The notes: generated by a model from the letters alone, not told the origin. A stretch of 63,987 bases of DNA, filler included, from Rhabdomonas costata (GCA_019059605.1; 56 parts of 56 records of this genome joined end to end with filler, not necessarily neighbours in it), one strand, 5' to 3'. Shown: positions 23,196 through 37,129, counted from the first letter of the whole stretch. Translations and numbers: made by a program.

Positions 23196-23320
23196 GTACC
23201 TGTCTTATTACAACAACGACCACCTAACCACGAAGCGCCAGTGGCCCGTGGTAGGCGACCGCTTCCTCGCCACGTGGGAGCTCATGGCTCGGTACTTCTC
23301 GTTTAGGATTATTCCGCACG
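23196..23320 (+). CDS. Exon of a DGAT2/MOGAT-family acyltransferase
   Basis: CAG|..YLSYYNNDHLTTKRQWPVVGDRFLATWELMARYFSFRIIPH|GT resembles the DGAT2 'RxWxxxx...WxxxxxYFPxRLV' segment. Confidence 0.55.
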
Positions 23321-24386
23321 GTGTGTTCCTTTTGGCGCGATGCATTTTTAGGAGGGGGGGGGGGGGAAACGGAATAATTACTCCATTACTCCATTACTCC
23401 GTTGCACAACGTACAAAACCGAATCGCAAAAGAAACAACCACAACAATGGCGTCCTTCTCCCTGGACTCATCTCTGTTGGGGGGGGGGGAAGCACAGGAA
23501 TGCCTGCTTTTCCGCAGTGAGTTGGTCGATGGCTTTCTGCATTCGAGAGATCTGCTGGTTGGCCGCGAGGACCTGACTCTCGGCAGTCAGACGGTTTCCC
23601 GCCTCTACCTTTAGGGTCTGCTGCAGACTCCCCTGTGACGACACAAAGAGAGAGCGTAAGAGGGGAAGAGAGATCGTCATGTGGCACTTTGAGGAATGGG
23701 TGATAGAGGGGAGGTTCGCCTCTGCAACTCGCACCTTCATTAAGACACTACCGCTCATGAACAAGGGCTTTCTCTTCTGTTTCAGTCTCGCATTTTCTGA
23801 GCACTTGCCACACACATTCCGGGCGCAGCCGCAAATCCGACCCCAACTCCGCCTGAGTTCAATACACCGACATCTCTCTTTGGTGGCGCAGGAGCTCGGG
23901 AGCAAGATCCTTGATGATGACACACTCTCAATTAAGGGNNNNNNNNNNNNNNNNNNNNNNNNNNNNNNNNNNNNNNNNNNNNTTAATTAATTAANNNNNN
24001 NNNNNNNNNNNNNNNNNNNNNNNNNNNNNNNNNNNNNNGGGGTGGTGGTGTGCTTTGAAGCACCATGATATCTTCTTGTTCTCTAAAGAGGCTTAGGATC
24101 TTTTTTATTTGCAGCAGGCCTCCCGAAGCCTGAAGGGTTTTCTGTCCTTTTGCACTCCGCCTTTTTCGTTGCGTTTTGTCTGTCAAAAATTCTGCTTTCA
24201 ATATTTCAGCTAATCGCCTTGCTGATTTTCACTTTTTCTCGTCCTTCTGTGATTGATTTTATTATTTCCTTCACTGCACGCTTGTTTTCTACAGACTGAA
24301 AAGTGGGTTGCGCATGCGAAAAAAAAGCAGAACATAAACAACCCGTCCCCAGGAAATGTTTTGTGCCCTTATCTTGTTCGCTGCAG

Positions 24387-25030
24387 AAAGGGGCGGGAGG
24401 AAAGGCCCCCGATGCCAGTGCCACGGCGCAGCAGCAGCAGAGGGTGAAGAAACTCCAGGCTCAGCTGGCGGCACAACTGAGGCAGAGGGAGAAGCTGCGG
24501 GAAAAGGAGCGGGCGCTCCTTGCTGCCGTGAAGTATGGGTGCCGCACATTTGCAACCAGTGCGGGCAGGGGGCAGGGGCCTTCTGATTTCAAAGAAGTAC
24601 CCAATCACGCGCACTTTGGTTTTCACCGGATTCCCATTCCATTCCATTCGGTCCCAGCTCTCTTTTCTTTTTAGGGGGAACCTGTAGGCCCGATGATAGC
24701 GCTATAGGTGGTAAGGATGCAAAAGACCTCACACCGGAATTTTGTTGGACCGATTCCGAGGTTGGCGGTCAGTCGTTGATTCTGCTGCTTCCTGTGCTAA
24801 GGACCGCAATCCCTCTACAATACCCCTAATCCCTTGAACTCTTCTCCGGTGGAGGTGTAATTGAGGTTGAGGTGAGGTATGCAATTTTCTAGCAGGCACT
24901 GTCGCCTTGTTCGCTCAGGGAGAAGCAGCTGTCCAAGGAGCTAAGCAAGGTTCGCCAGAGTGTCTCTGTCAGCCGAAAGAATATCCAGACCCTGAGGAAG
25001 GGCAAGCTTCCGGCTCAGCGACGTGCATCG
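24387..25030 (+). CDS. Coiled-coil protein; exons 24387-24532 and 24919-25030
   Basis: Canonical AG/GT borders and phase-compatible exons: QQQRVKKLQAQLAAQLRQREKLREKERALLAAVK/EKQLSKELSKVRQ. Confidence 0.65.
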
Positions 25031-28000
25031 GTGCATGCAGTTTTTACTTTCTACTTGCCCCACCCCCCTCTCCAGCACCCACANNNNNNNNNNNNNNNNN
25101 NNNNNNNNNNNNNNNNNNNNNNNNNNNTTAATTAATTAANNNNNNNNNNNNNNNNNNNNNNNNNNNNNNNNNNNNNNNNNNNNGCCCAACACAGGGGCGA
25201 TAAACACTTTTTGGGGTGTGGAGCATGCTTTTGGCACCACAGAATGCGGCCCTTGTCCCTTTGGCTTTTGTGTGGGTTTCACCTTGGCGCGAAGGCTTTT
25301 CCGCAAAGCCCGGCGCCGGCGGGGGCAACGGGCACGCCGATGTCCAACTTCGGGCACCTGCTTCGGCGAATCGCCGGTCGCAATTGTACCGAGAGGCTGG
25401 TGAAGGGATCGAGAACGCGCCCGCGCGGTTGGTACCATTGTTTGATTCCACCAGATAGCTTTTGGTTTCAACCGGAACAGGTAACGCCCGATAAGACAGC
25501 TGATGGTATATGAATTGGGGCGCCAAGAGTCGGCAGGCTCAACACTGATCATTTATTGTTGGGCAGGACCGGCGCGGTGGGAAGAAAGGAGGCGCAAAAT
25601 AACAGTAGCAGCGGGAGCAAAAAGTTTTGACCCCAACCCCCAGAAAACAGGAAAGAACGCGTCAGCGCGTAGGATGAAATGATGCACACCATCCGCTCTG
25701 GGCTCACTGTCGTTTTCCAACACGCTCCGTAATCCACTTGTAGCTGACCGACGGGGTCATGTGGATAAAAAAGCCAAGGCCAAGCTCATTCCCCGATTCC
25801 ACTGTCACAATTTTGCAGAACACTCCCAAAGGGAACCCTAACCAAACTGTCCGAGCGCCACTGTGCACACGACTTGGAATGTTGCCATCCACAAAAACCA
25901 GTCAGCAACGACGAGGGCCCCAAGGGGCTCTGAGCCGCTGCCCTTTGTCCGGAAAGGGATCCGGCCTTGCCCAGTTACTTGTTCTGGAGGAGGGTCGGCG
26001 AAAAGGGAGAGACCTGAAACAAGGGAACAATATACCAGCGGCATGGGAACGGGCCACCACCGCACGGGGTCCGTCAAGCTTGCTTCGCTGAACCGCACTC
26101 ACACGAGCAAAAACCTTCGAACACCCCTACAGGTAGCAGTGCCAATGCGCCATTTGGACACAAAGGCAAACCTCAGCGCCGCTTTCCCTTTCCCTTCGCC
26201 TTGCCCTTGCCCTTTCCCTCGGCATCTCNNNNNNNNNNNNNNNNNNNNNNNNNNNNNNNNNNNNNNNNNNNNTTAATTAATTAANNNNNNNNNNNNNNNN
26301 NNNNNNNNNNNNNNNNNNNNNNNNNNNNAGGTCATCAATCGAAGCTGGAAAAAGCGAAAGAAGTCGAAGATACAACTTGTTGCAGTTATGGTGCGTGGAA
26401 GTGGTTTGCCACACCCTGCATTCGCTTTACTCTCATAGTGCGTTTGGGTGCGTTGGAATGCATTGGCCAACCTGCGATCAACAGCTTTCCACACACACAC
26501 ATACCCACGCAGTGCCTGTATATATTCACAGGTCTTGCGCACCGAAGCTGCACGGAAGGCTTCGCTCCGTTTTTGCTGCCGTTGCAGTGAGAGGGGGGGG
26601 GGGGGGTGGGTTGGGGGGCGGGTGTTTTGGCAGTTTTGTAGTGGCGCACTTTGCTGCCACACTGGATATCTACCGTTTTCTTGGACCGACGCGACCTCTC
26701 ACCTTTTCAGATCTGGGCAGACACCTTTTCTCTGTGTTGTACTGCTTTCATGTGTGCCTCACCCCAGGAGAGGAGGTTGTGCCGTTGTGCTCTCTTTTAC
26801 TCTCTCTCTCTCTCTTTCCACTTTGCTGTGGTTTTTGAATCTACTCAGTCCCGGGAAGCCGAAAGGTTAGCCCGATGCCTCGAATGGCTGAGACAAATGC
26901 GCTCCCTGATGTTTGCTGTTGGACGTTTCTCTTTCACCGAAAGGAGTTGGGCGTGGAGACGGGCAAACAACGCTGAGATTTTTGCAGCGTACTACACGTA
27001 TGCGCTGCTGTCAGCTTTCCTGGCCCTATGAGCTGCTGTCATCGCAGGATGGTCTGAAAACGTTCCCCACAGAAGTGGAGAGGTGCGGAGTGGGCTTGTC
27101 GGGGAGTACTTCGTTGTACACCTTCCGACCTGCTGCACCGTAGATACACCCCCCACCCCAACACACATACGCCAGCCAACTGCAGAACATCAAATCACAC
27201 CTCCGCCCTTATGACCTAATATCCCCTTGCTTTTCTTTCCCTCTTTTCCTTTCTTTTGTCAGCTCCTCCAATCCAGGCACCCTGCCAGGCGGAGCTGCCC
27301 TCCCTTGCCCTCCCAAAAACCAGCACCGGAACGTTCGTCTTTCGTTCGTTCGTCGTACACATTCCAACAAACANNNNNNNNNNNNNNNNNNNNNNNNNNN
27401 NNNNNNNNNNNNNNNNNTTAATTAATTAANNNNNNNNNNNNNNNNNNNNNNNNNNNNNNNNNNNNNNNNNNNNTTTTGGTGGGATCAACAAAAAACTTTC
27501 CAAAAGTTTCTTGTGAACCCTGCTTTGTGTACGCAACTATCCAGATCACATCCGAGAGAACTGCTTTTCCTCCCAAACCAGTCTAGATGCGAAAAAAAGT
27601 CTTCGCGTTTTGTTACAAAACCCATGCATCAAAGAAGTTCGATCCCGGTGTCCACACCTACAAGCGAAAAGAACCAAACCCGCGAGAGCTTCTGTGCGAG
27701 CTGGTGCTCCTTAAAGTGAGTTTGCATAACTTATTTATTTGCCGTTCCAGGGCAATTTTTTTTTCTGATTGCTAGCTTTCCTAGTTTCACATCCGCGTTG
27801 CTCCTTGTGTTGTTGGGAAAAATGGCGGTGAACGGCAAGGAGGACTTGTCCCACAAGATGTCCGTGGGGGGCCTGCTGAGCACCACAGATTGGATGAGAA
27901 TGGTTTGCTCTCGCTACACTTGCTGCATGTGCTTTCCCTTGTTGAACTGAGAGTGCTTGTCTGTTCGCCATGCACCTCCTCTCTTCCCAGTTTGATTATG

Positions 28001-30091
28001 ATGTGTGCGTTTTACTTTGTTTGTGGCGCAGGTTTCCACGCTGCAGCATGAAAGCAAGCAGTATGTGGAGAGTGCGCATGTGGTGTGGATTTCTGGCAAA
28101 ATCGAATGCTGCCTTCGCGGAGTACGCGTGGAACTAATTACATTCATCTGGAATAATAGAAATAATACAGAATCGCCTTCGAGTTCCGGTGAGCTCTGTT
28201 GCCCTTGCTCTTGATGGTTTTAGGTCGGCTGTTTTCTAAATGATAAACTAAAATAAAGCATCCTTGTGTTTTTGTCTTAGACTTTGTTAAGGTATGCTTC
28301 ACCCAGAAAACTGAGAGATTCGCCTGTGGCATTCCATTTTTTCTGGGGCATTTGACCGAATCTTGCATCCTGTTGGGACGCGGTTTGGCCCGAGAATCTG
28401 AGTCCAGATGACAAAACGTTTTTGTTTACGGCGCAGCCTACCACGTATAAGGTGCCTGCTGTTTCTGGACGTATGGACAACTGGATGCAAGATTCGGTCA
28501 AATGCCCCACAAAAAACNNNNNNNNNNNNNNNNNNNNNNNNNNNNNNNNNNNNNNNNNNNNTTAATTAATTAANNNNNNNNNNNNNNNNNNNNNNNNNNN
28601 NNNNNNNNNNNNNNNNNTTTGGGGACGGACGCTTCTTTGGATACATTGGAAGAAAAAGTTTCACCTGAGCAGTCCCGAGCTTCTCTCGAAGTGCAGCGAG
28701 CCGCGACGCTGCGTCCGGCTGAGGCGACTGGATGCAAAGTGCAAAGGGGTGAAGGGTCCGAAGAGGGACGGGGGGGGGGCATAGTGTGACAGTTGACAGT
28801 TGGCCACCGGAACCGCAAAGGGAGAAATATCAGAGCGGAAGCAAAAATGCCGGTAGCGACGAGTGCGGCTGACTCTTCAAGCAGCCCCGTCAATTACTTC
28901 ACCAAAAAGGCACTGGCGAATCCTCTCTAACGCCGCTAAGTGCGCGAAGTTAAAGAAATAACCGTGTTAAAGAAATAACCATCGAGCGAACGAAAGAAAT
29001 GTGAACAAAATTAAGCAAACCCTTTCCAGAGGAGGAGGTTCCTCCAAGGTCACCTGGAACTGCTCGTCAAACACCTGTCGCGTCGACAAACAATGCAGCA
29101 CGAAGGCACCGAGGAGATCAATGACAACAGTCATTGTTAACATGAGCCACCATTCGGAGCGGAATTATGGGGTGGAAGGAACGGTCTGGGAGGATTGCAC
29201 TAAAGTATACAAAAGAAAGCGAATGAAGACTTCCAAGAGTGTCACAACCAATCAATTGAAGTGATCTGTTCCATTATCTCGCAGAGAGGCGTTAGGACAC
29301 TGTAAAAAAGCGGACCTTGGTCAAGAACTGTTCCATGCCGTAGAGGTCAATGGCCTTTGGGCACAGGATCAATCCATCGGGAAGCTCAAGGGCGTTTTGC
29401 AATCTGCTGAAATACCTTCATGCAAAGCATTCCCGAGCGTGGTGAAAAAACAACAGTGAAAAATGGCGAGCTAGGTGTACCAGAAAGGAAAAGCACAAAG
29501 AACACAATGCAAGAAGAACGAAACGAGTGTCATTCACAAAAAGCACATTGCTAACCTCATTTTGGCGCATTTGACCTTGTGGGGAGTTGGGGGAGTGGGA
29601 ACAATTCAGGGTCACCAATGGTAGGGGAAAACAGTATGAAGCGGAATGAGGGGGAACGTGACNNNNNNNNNNNNNNNNNNNNNNNNNNNNNNNNNNNNNN
29701 NNNNNNTTAATTAATTAANNNNNNNNNNNNNNNNNNNNNNNNNNNNNNNNNNNNNNNNNNNNGTGTGGTCCTCCTCCCTTTCGTCAACGCGATCGCTTTG
29801 CAATCTCTTTTGCGTGCAAGATCAGTTTGGAATTACAGTACTTGCGCAAAGGGAATTTTGTGGGGGTTTCGGGAGAATAATGGGAAGTGTATGGGGTTAT
29901 TTGCAACTTGTGAGGGCTTTTCTTGCCGTAGTTGGGATTGGACTGGTTGCTCAACGGGCCACATTTGGCGTAGAGTTTCCCGTCCGTATCAGTCCTCGCT
30001 GCAAAATTGTTTCTACTTTCTTCTCCATGATCTTGCGTGGGTGCATATATGCCCATGTGCGTGTGTGTATGTGTGTGCGTGTGGTGTGTAG

Positions 30092-30321
30092 TTTCGGATC
30101 ATCAGTGTGTTGCTGATGATTGTCGCGGTGACCCCGCTGTCTTTGCTGGCCCTGGTGCCCATCGCGGTGGTGTACGTACGGACGCAGCGGTACTACATCC
30201 GCTCCTTCCGCGAGGTCAGCCGCCTGGACAGCCTCAGCCGCAGCCCGATCTACGCGCTGTTCGGGGAGACCCTCCACGGCCTCTCCACCATCCGCGCCTT
30301 CAATGCCCAGGGCCGCTACCG
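30092..30321 (+). CDS. Exon of an ABCC/MRP transporter (TMD2)
   Basis: QRYYIRSFREVSRLDSLSRSPIYALFGETLHGLSTIRAF is the hallmark MRP TMD2 motif. Flanked by GT-repeat introns. Confidence 0.95.
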
Positions 30322-32046
30322 GTGTGCATGTGTGAGCGGGCATGTCTGTGTGTGTGTGCGTGTCTGTGTGCCGGTGTGTGGGCTCGCATGAGTCATTGTG
30401 GGCAGGCTGGCTTTTCTTTAAGTTTCATAATTGCCTCCTCCTTTAACCAACAAGAGGCCTGAATGGATTGATAGACAAAACACGAGAAAACAGGGCACAA
30501 GAGTTTCACCCAACGCATCCAATTTCACCCCACGGCTTCATTCAGTGGGCCAATGAGAATGTATACATTCATATCAAGCCGACAACTCACATAGCGCCTC
30601 CCGTGAGTGCCACACGCCCACGCCAAGCCCAAATTTCAGATTCAACCACAAAGACGGCTATCTCTGGTGCCCGAGTGGCGGTGGTGATGGTCGTGTGGTT
30701 GATGGGGGTGTCAGGGGCGTGGTGGTCGTTGCGGTGGCTCTTTCCCTTAGAGCCAAGAACCTTACTCTGCTGGACACCAACCAGACGGCGTACAACCCCA
30801 CACAACNNNNNNNNNNNNNNNNNNNNNNNNNNNNNNNNNNNNNNNNNNNNTTAATTAATTAANNNNNNNNNNNNNNNNNNNNNNNNNNNNNNNNNNNNNN
30901 NNNNNNGTGGTCATGTGGCCCCCACTGGCGCTCCTTCTCTCCCCTTTCAATCTTTGTCCCCATTTGTCCTGTTAATAATGATGCTCCTTTGTGTCCCCAG
31001 CTCAGTGCCCTCATCTGCTTCCCTGCACGCTACCAAATCAAAACAAACCGTTTTGTTTCCCCTTCCCATCTTTTCGTTCCTCCTTGTACTGTTTGTTGGT
31101 TGCCGAACTCCTGAACTCCGGTGAAAAACCAAAGTCTTTCAAGAAATTGTTCATAAAACATTTTTCATAAAATCGAAAACGCTAAAAGGGTTTTTGCACA
31201 TCGGCGAGGCTGTGCACTGTTGAGTTAATTTTTGCAGGTCCGGAATGTCTTGCTCTGCTGCCCTCCGGGCACAAGATCTTAGGTGCTTCCTTAAGACAAG
31301 ACTCCGCCGGCGCAGGATTCCAGGTTCTAGTGCACTGGAATCTCCGAAAAGGGTCCCCGAGTGAGTTTATTTGGTCTCAAAGGGGGCGGTGTACGTGCTC
31401 CGGCACCACATTTTTCTTTCTGCTAACCTATACATTTTTTAATTAAAATCTTAGCGGTGCCATAAATTATTATAGCGAGCGATGCCAAAATATGAAATTT
31501 TACACCATCGGTACGAAATTCTTGCAGGGAAAGTTTTACATCACCCATCGGTCTGTTCATATCACTACTGATCTTCTCTCTTTTGAAATTCCACAAAAAC
31601 AGTCACGTATGTGGGAGAACCAGACAGCGACAGGGTGCCGTGCCGAAGTGGTGAGCAACACCGTAGAACCTCACCGTCCCAAGTTACCCCACCAACAGAC
31701 ACTACAAGGGTGCCGTGAAGCTTCCAGTCCAAACCCTTGAATTGCACCCTTGAATTTCTTTCTCACCCAGTGCCCGTAAAGCTCTCGAGTTTTCCGTTGC
31801 TCTTGACATACCTTCTCCTCCTTTTATTTGAAAAACACTAATGCCTTGCTTCTGATACGGGGGTGGACAGCTCCTCTGAGGTGTACTGCCCAAGCCACCT
31901 CCCAAGTCGGTGCCGTGCAGTACACCTCAGAGGAGCTGTCCACCCCNNNNNNNNNNNNNNNNNNNNNNNNNNNNNNNNNNNNNNNNNNNNTTAATTAATT
32001 AANNNNNNNNNNNNNNNNNNNNNNNNNNNNNNNNNNNNNNNNNNNN

Positions 32047-32478
32047 GGGTTAGTAGAGGTCGAGCACGCCTCCAGCAACTCCCCAATGAACCTCATGGAC
32101 GCGGACTTCATCAACGGCCTCCCTCTGGCTATGGCCTACCTCAACGAGGACCTCAACGAGTCCGCCCGGGTTGCCATCCTCCTCTCCCGTGAGGGCACCC
32201 CTTTCTCCGCGGGGCTGAACCTCACCTTCGCCATGCAGGTCTTCGGCCCGAAGCCGCCCCCAGCAGGCACCAAGCCGGCCTTCAAGGCGCCTGCCATGGA
32301 AGCCCAGCGTACTCACCTGATTATCAAGAAGTTCCAGGAGTGCATCTCCTCGGTGACGAGGTGCCGCATTCCCGTCATCGCCGCGATCTCCGGGCACTGC
32401 TTGGGCGGCGCTGTGTCCCTGGCAACGGCGTGCGACTTCCGGTTCTGCACGGCGGATGCTACGTTCTCCGTTAGGGAG
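32047..32478 (+). CDS. ECH1: Crotonase superfamily exon, delta3,5-delta2,4-dienoyl-CoA isomerase-like
   Basis: FSAGLNL...FQECISSVTRCRIPVIAAISGHCLGGAVSLATACDFRFCTADATFSVRE|GT. Confidence 0.88.
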
Positions 32479-33739
32479 GTCAGTGGAACCTTTGCATGAG
32501 TTTCGCGTGTTCCTTGCTCCTTTTGCGCCTATTTCTCATCTCTTGGGTGCGTCTCTTCAGAACAGCATGCTTTTCGGGTGTCGCGTTGTCATCCGTTCTT
32601 TGCCTTCTCTTCAATAGATCCGCCTCGCAGTGTCACTTGCAATTTCCGCGTCAGGTTGGGGGAACCCCCTGTCAGCGGGGGTTAAATGGTAAAAATGTTC
32701 TCCGCATACACTCGCCTAATTCCAGAGAAGCTGTGTTCGGTGTCCGGTGTTCGACAGCGCAAAACTAGAAAACCAATCCAATGTAGCAAAGCGAGCGGCA
32801 AAGAAAACGACGCAGGAAGGAAAACTGAGGCACAAGCAAATCGGGAGGGATCTTTGTGTATCAGGGGGCGTCGAATACCAGGGATACCAAAGGCAAGGAT
32901 GTAGTTGCACATATATATGCAGGAAGAAAGGACGGAGACTTGAACCGGTCAGCTCTCTCTTCCAATAAACTCTTCCAATGTATACAGTGATTGTTGCCTT
33001 CACGTCGTACTTGCTTCCTGCATATATATGTGCAACTACATCCTTGCCTTTGGTATCCCTGGTATTCGACGCCCCCTGATACACAAAAACCNNNNNNNNN
33101 NNNNNNNNNNNNNNNNNNNNNNNNNNNNNNNNNNNTTAATTAATTAANNNNNNNNNNNNNNNNNNNNNNNNNNNNNNNNNNNNNNNNNNNNTGTTGTGTT
33201 GGTGCGTGTGTGTGGGGGGGGATGGCTGAAAATAACGAAAACAGGACTGGAAGTGGCCCGAAGCCCGAAGGAAACTCCGGATCAGCTCCTGCTGCATGGG
33301 CTGCACCTGCTGCAGCGCCAGGACATCCCCCGAGTCAAGTGCGTATGGGTGGTAACTGAGGCTGCTAAGCAGATAAGAGCCGCTTCTTCCTTCTTCTGTG
33401 ATGGGTGGAGGCTGGGTCGCAGCTCCTTCAGCAGGCAGCCTGATGTTTTGATTTGAGCACCAACGGGGAGCCGCAGTGGGGGCCACAACAAACCAACGAC
33501 ACCGGAGCCGTGGCTGAAGGCCTTACTAGCCACAGCCAAGAGAGGACCAGGGACTGGTTTGGGTGAGTTGTGGTGCATTGTGGGTGTTTTGTGCCAGCAA
33601 AGGTGTGTGTGTGTGTGTGTGCTTATGAGTTTCACTGCCGGTTGGTATGCTTCATTTATCTGTGTGTGTGTGCGTAAAAAAAACTCACCCTTCCGCAAAG
33701 GGTGTGTATGTGCATTACCTGAAAAGTCACTGGTGGCTG

Positions 33740-34100
33740 CAAGGGAGACTACGTGTAAAAAAGGGGAATCCGCACACCGTGGATACAGGTATGACGAAAA
33801 CTTGAGCAGCGTTGCCGATAAAGGACGTGTTTCCTGTCGATAATGGTCCATATGCGTTTTGCTCGTTTTCGGAAACGCTGGCTCTGAAGTTCCGAGCACA
33901 AAGAGCTGCCGCAAGAGGGCTATCTTCGCAGAGCAGTACGGTTAGCAAGCGCCTTCCAATGTCCCTGACGATTGAGCGCCCTCTGTAGGTACCCACCTTA
34001 AGCAAGTTGGGTACCGCGAACCCCACCAATGTGTTGCTTGAATTCCAGGATACCCTTCCCATTGGCGTATACAATTACTTCGCGGATTTTGAACTGCCAA
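33740..34100 (-). mobile_element. Decayed RNase H-like region, DIRS/Ngaro-type retroelement
   Basis: Frameshifted pieces VLLCEDSPLAAALC..RASV...QN and GVRIPLFYT*SPLQP resemble the DIRS RNase H motifs LxGDN...RA...QNxIL and LxxVxSxxNPAD. Confidence 0.35.
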
Positions 34101-34887
34101 CATTCGAGTGCTGGCAAGGTAATCCCATCAACAGTACGCAGGTAATAATAGTTTTTGGACGCGGTTGAGAGTGTCCGGGCATGTGCATCGCTCCCGAACC
34201 CCCAGTGACATCTTCTATGTGGTCCCCCCCACCCNNNNNNNNNNNNNNNNNNNNNNNNNNNNNNNNNNNNNNNNNNNNTTAATTAATTAANNNNNNNNNN
34301 NNNNNNNNNNNNNNNNNNNNNNNNNNNNNNNNNNGGGGGTGTGTGCCTGGGACCCGCAGGGCAGGCGGAGATTCCTGTCCTGTTGTGGTGAACCGGTGCC
34401 CTGCGGTTCACAACAAGACTAAGGGGATCTCCGTGCGAGCAACCAGGCAGTATGCTAGGGACATCTTTTCTTTTCTTTTTTCAGCCCTACCTGCCCCCCA
34501 TATCCAAATCGGTAGTGGAGGCACCAAATTCTTCCACCAGCAAGAATCACCTTGCTGGTGGACCACACAGAACCCAACCGCCCTTCTCTAGAAGTATTCT
34601 GAGCAAGGAACGCGCCAAGCGTCAAGAGAAAGAGAAGCATCGGTCCAAAAACTGGTATGCCGGCGAGCTATGACGTGCCCTTGCGGGTGAATTTCACATT
34701 AACCGATCCTTCTTCAAGCTTACGGCAGTAGCATGGCTGGCACAACGCCGGTGTAAAAACTAAGGTGGTGCTCCGGCGAACGGAGGGAGCTAAGTACAGC
34801 TTATATGGCTGAAGTAGGCAGACGAAAGGGTCAGGGCGCGATCTCGCTTCCCCTGAAGGAAAACCCCAGAGAGACATACAGACAGAC

Positions 34888-35232
34888 CTCAGAGTTCTCG
34901 ACGACCTTCGCCTTGAGGTCGGGCCGGCTGAGCGAGGGCAGGCTGACCAGGACGGTGTACCAGATGAACTGCCGGAACTCCATCACCTCGTACGACGAGA
35001 AGGTCGCCACGCTCTCCAGCAACTGCGCCGCGGCCCGCCCGAAGTCTCGGCGGATGATATGGTGGAGGCCTTCGTACACCTTAAGGCGGTTGCGGCGCTC
35101 CCAGTCCCCCTCGTGGCGGAGCACCTCCTGGGCCTTCCCAAGGCTCTCCTTCACAAGCGCAAGGTCGTTGAAGACCAGCCCAAGTCGGATCCGCTGGAAC
35201 AGAAGCTCCAGGCGCTTCGATGTCCCCTTCAC
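34888..35232 (-). CDS. RPN7: 26S proteasome lid subunit Rpn7 (PSMD6), internal exon
   Basis: GDWERRNRLKVYEG and AAxxLLESVATFSSYE are RPN7 signatures. CAG|...|GT borders, 115 codons. Confidence 0.97.
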
Positions 35233-37129
35233 CTGTGAGAAGAGGTGCCCTAACAACAGTACCCAGCGAAAGAGCCTCCGCAGATTTTCAGCAAACTGCA
35301 TAAGTGCTGCAATTTCGCTCTATGGGTGCACACTCTTCGATAGTGCCAGGGCTGTCGTGTTTAAGCCCTCAACAAACAANNNNNNNNNNNNNNNNNNNNN
35401 NNNNNNNNNNNNNNNNNNNNNNNTTAATTAATTAANNNNNNNNNNNNNNNNNNNNNNNNNNNNNNNNNNNNNNNNNNNNGAGGCACCTCCTCAGACATCG
35501 AAACAGGCGAGGGCTGGTGAGAAGAGAACATTTCGGCAGAAAAGGTGGAGATTGTGATCGGGCACGAGGTGCTGCGATCAATTGGGAAACCAAAAAAGGC
35601 GCGGGGTGGCCCAGGCAAAAAACCCTGTGGCGGCAGAAGCGATGCGAATCGGAAAGAAGACGTGGGCTGGGGAATTACGCCGGTTGAGCCTTTGTACAAC
35701 CACCTGGAAGCTGCTGCTTACGCTGCATTGCACAATGAGACACTTTTAACCTTTAATGAGGTTCTTTGGAGAGCTAGCTTGTTCGGCGTAATGAAAGTAT
35801 TGGAGATGAAAGTATTTTTTTTGCAGGGAATTAGCGGTTCAGGGAACCAATTCGACTTATTGGCTTTCCCAATCACTCAAAACGGTACCCAGAAGATGCC
35901 TGGCAGTGACAAGGGTGTTTAAGAAGCCACAGCAGAATGTTCTTGCGCGGAAAATCTGGATGCCGCATTTTTCTATGGAACAGTTCACAATAGGGTTACC
36001 CTCCAACAATTCAAGAGTTTGCCATTTGCAAATCGTCCACCGTAATATGCTGGTGTGAAAAGTTCGTGGCCCGAAGGGCAAGATAACATAATAGCAATCA
36101 TGCTAGATTGAATGAATTCACTTTACTCAATACTTATCAGGCATGACAATGCCATTCGCCTTTAGGCCGCCGATGTCAGCCCCAGGGGCAAGCACCGCTT
36201 ACCAACGGCGGTCAGGCATAAGATCACACAGCGCTCTTCGAAAAAGGGCCAACGCTGGACCGCGCCCATCCCCACCTCCCCCTTTTCCCAACGAGGAGGG
36301 GATCTCACGGGGCTCAACAAATACACCAACACTCACACGCCAGTCACCGGTGAGGGTGAGAAGCATATGCACAAACCCCCCGAAGGTAGTGCAAAAAACG
36401 AAAGTGAGAGAAAGCTCGCAAAAGGTCACGAAGAGTGCTCGCTCGAGGTGCCGTGAATGATGAGAGAGATCCCTATGAACAAAAAAGGGAAAAGCGGTTT
36501 CATAGGGTCAAAGCAAAAAACACCNNNNNNNNNNNNNNNNNNNNNNNNNNNNNNNNNNNNNNNNNNNNTTAATTAATTAANNNNNNNNNNNNNNNNNNNN
36601 NNNNNNNNNNNNNNNNNNNNNNNNGTTTGTGGGTGATCTGGACCGTTACACCCTCCCCTTCTAGGACGGAGGACATATCCAGCAGACGGCCGACGGCCGA
36701 TAACCCGAACGGTCCACCTTTAGAAATGTGAAAGCACCTTTTTCCACTGTAGATGTGGATTCCTCATTACACCCGTGTATATGGTATGTGTATCTATAAC
36801 ACTCGTTTTCGTGAAACATGACATGAATCTGCACCAACTGTGGATGAGAAGGACACACCATATAGCGCATCAGCAGTCTGTGGAAAGGCTCCCTACACAC
36901 CACAAACATCACACATCTGGATTGAACTCAAAGCTGTGGAAACACACCACAAACGCTCTCGAAATAGGACACAAACACACTCACACTCATACACCATCAT
37001 ATCTCTGATTGGGGGTGAAAACATACAACTCTGGATCTCTACAGCTGGCATACCCTAACCACTGTTACCCTTACTAGCAGATGGTTGCGACATTCTCAAC
37101 TCTGGACTGAGAAACACTGGGAAGTACTT

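Noticed and set aside
28344-28509. 27-bp inverted repeat
   Set aside because: Terminal fold-back pattern
30088-30108. Minus-strand CTGATGA-TCC-GAAAC hammerhead-like core
   Set aside because: There is no room for stem II, and it overlaps the start of the ABCC exon; coincidental.
31860-31946. 30-bp inverted repeat hairpin
   Set aside because: Terminal fold-back pattern
32853-33087. ~73-bp perfect inverted repeat
   Set aside because: One arm runs to the contig end. The same pattern occurs in seven contigs and is best explained as a WGA fold-back or template switch.
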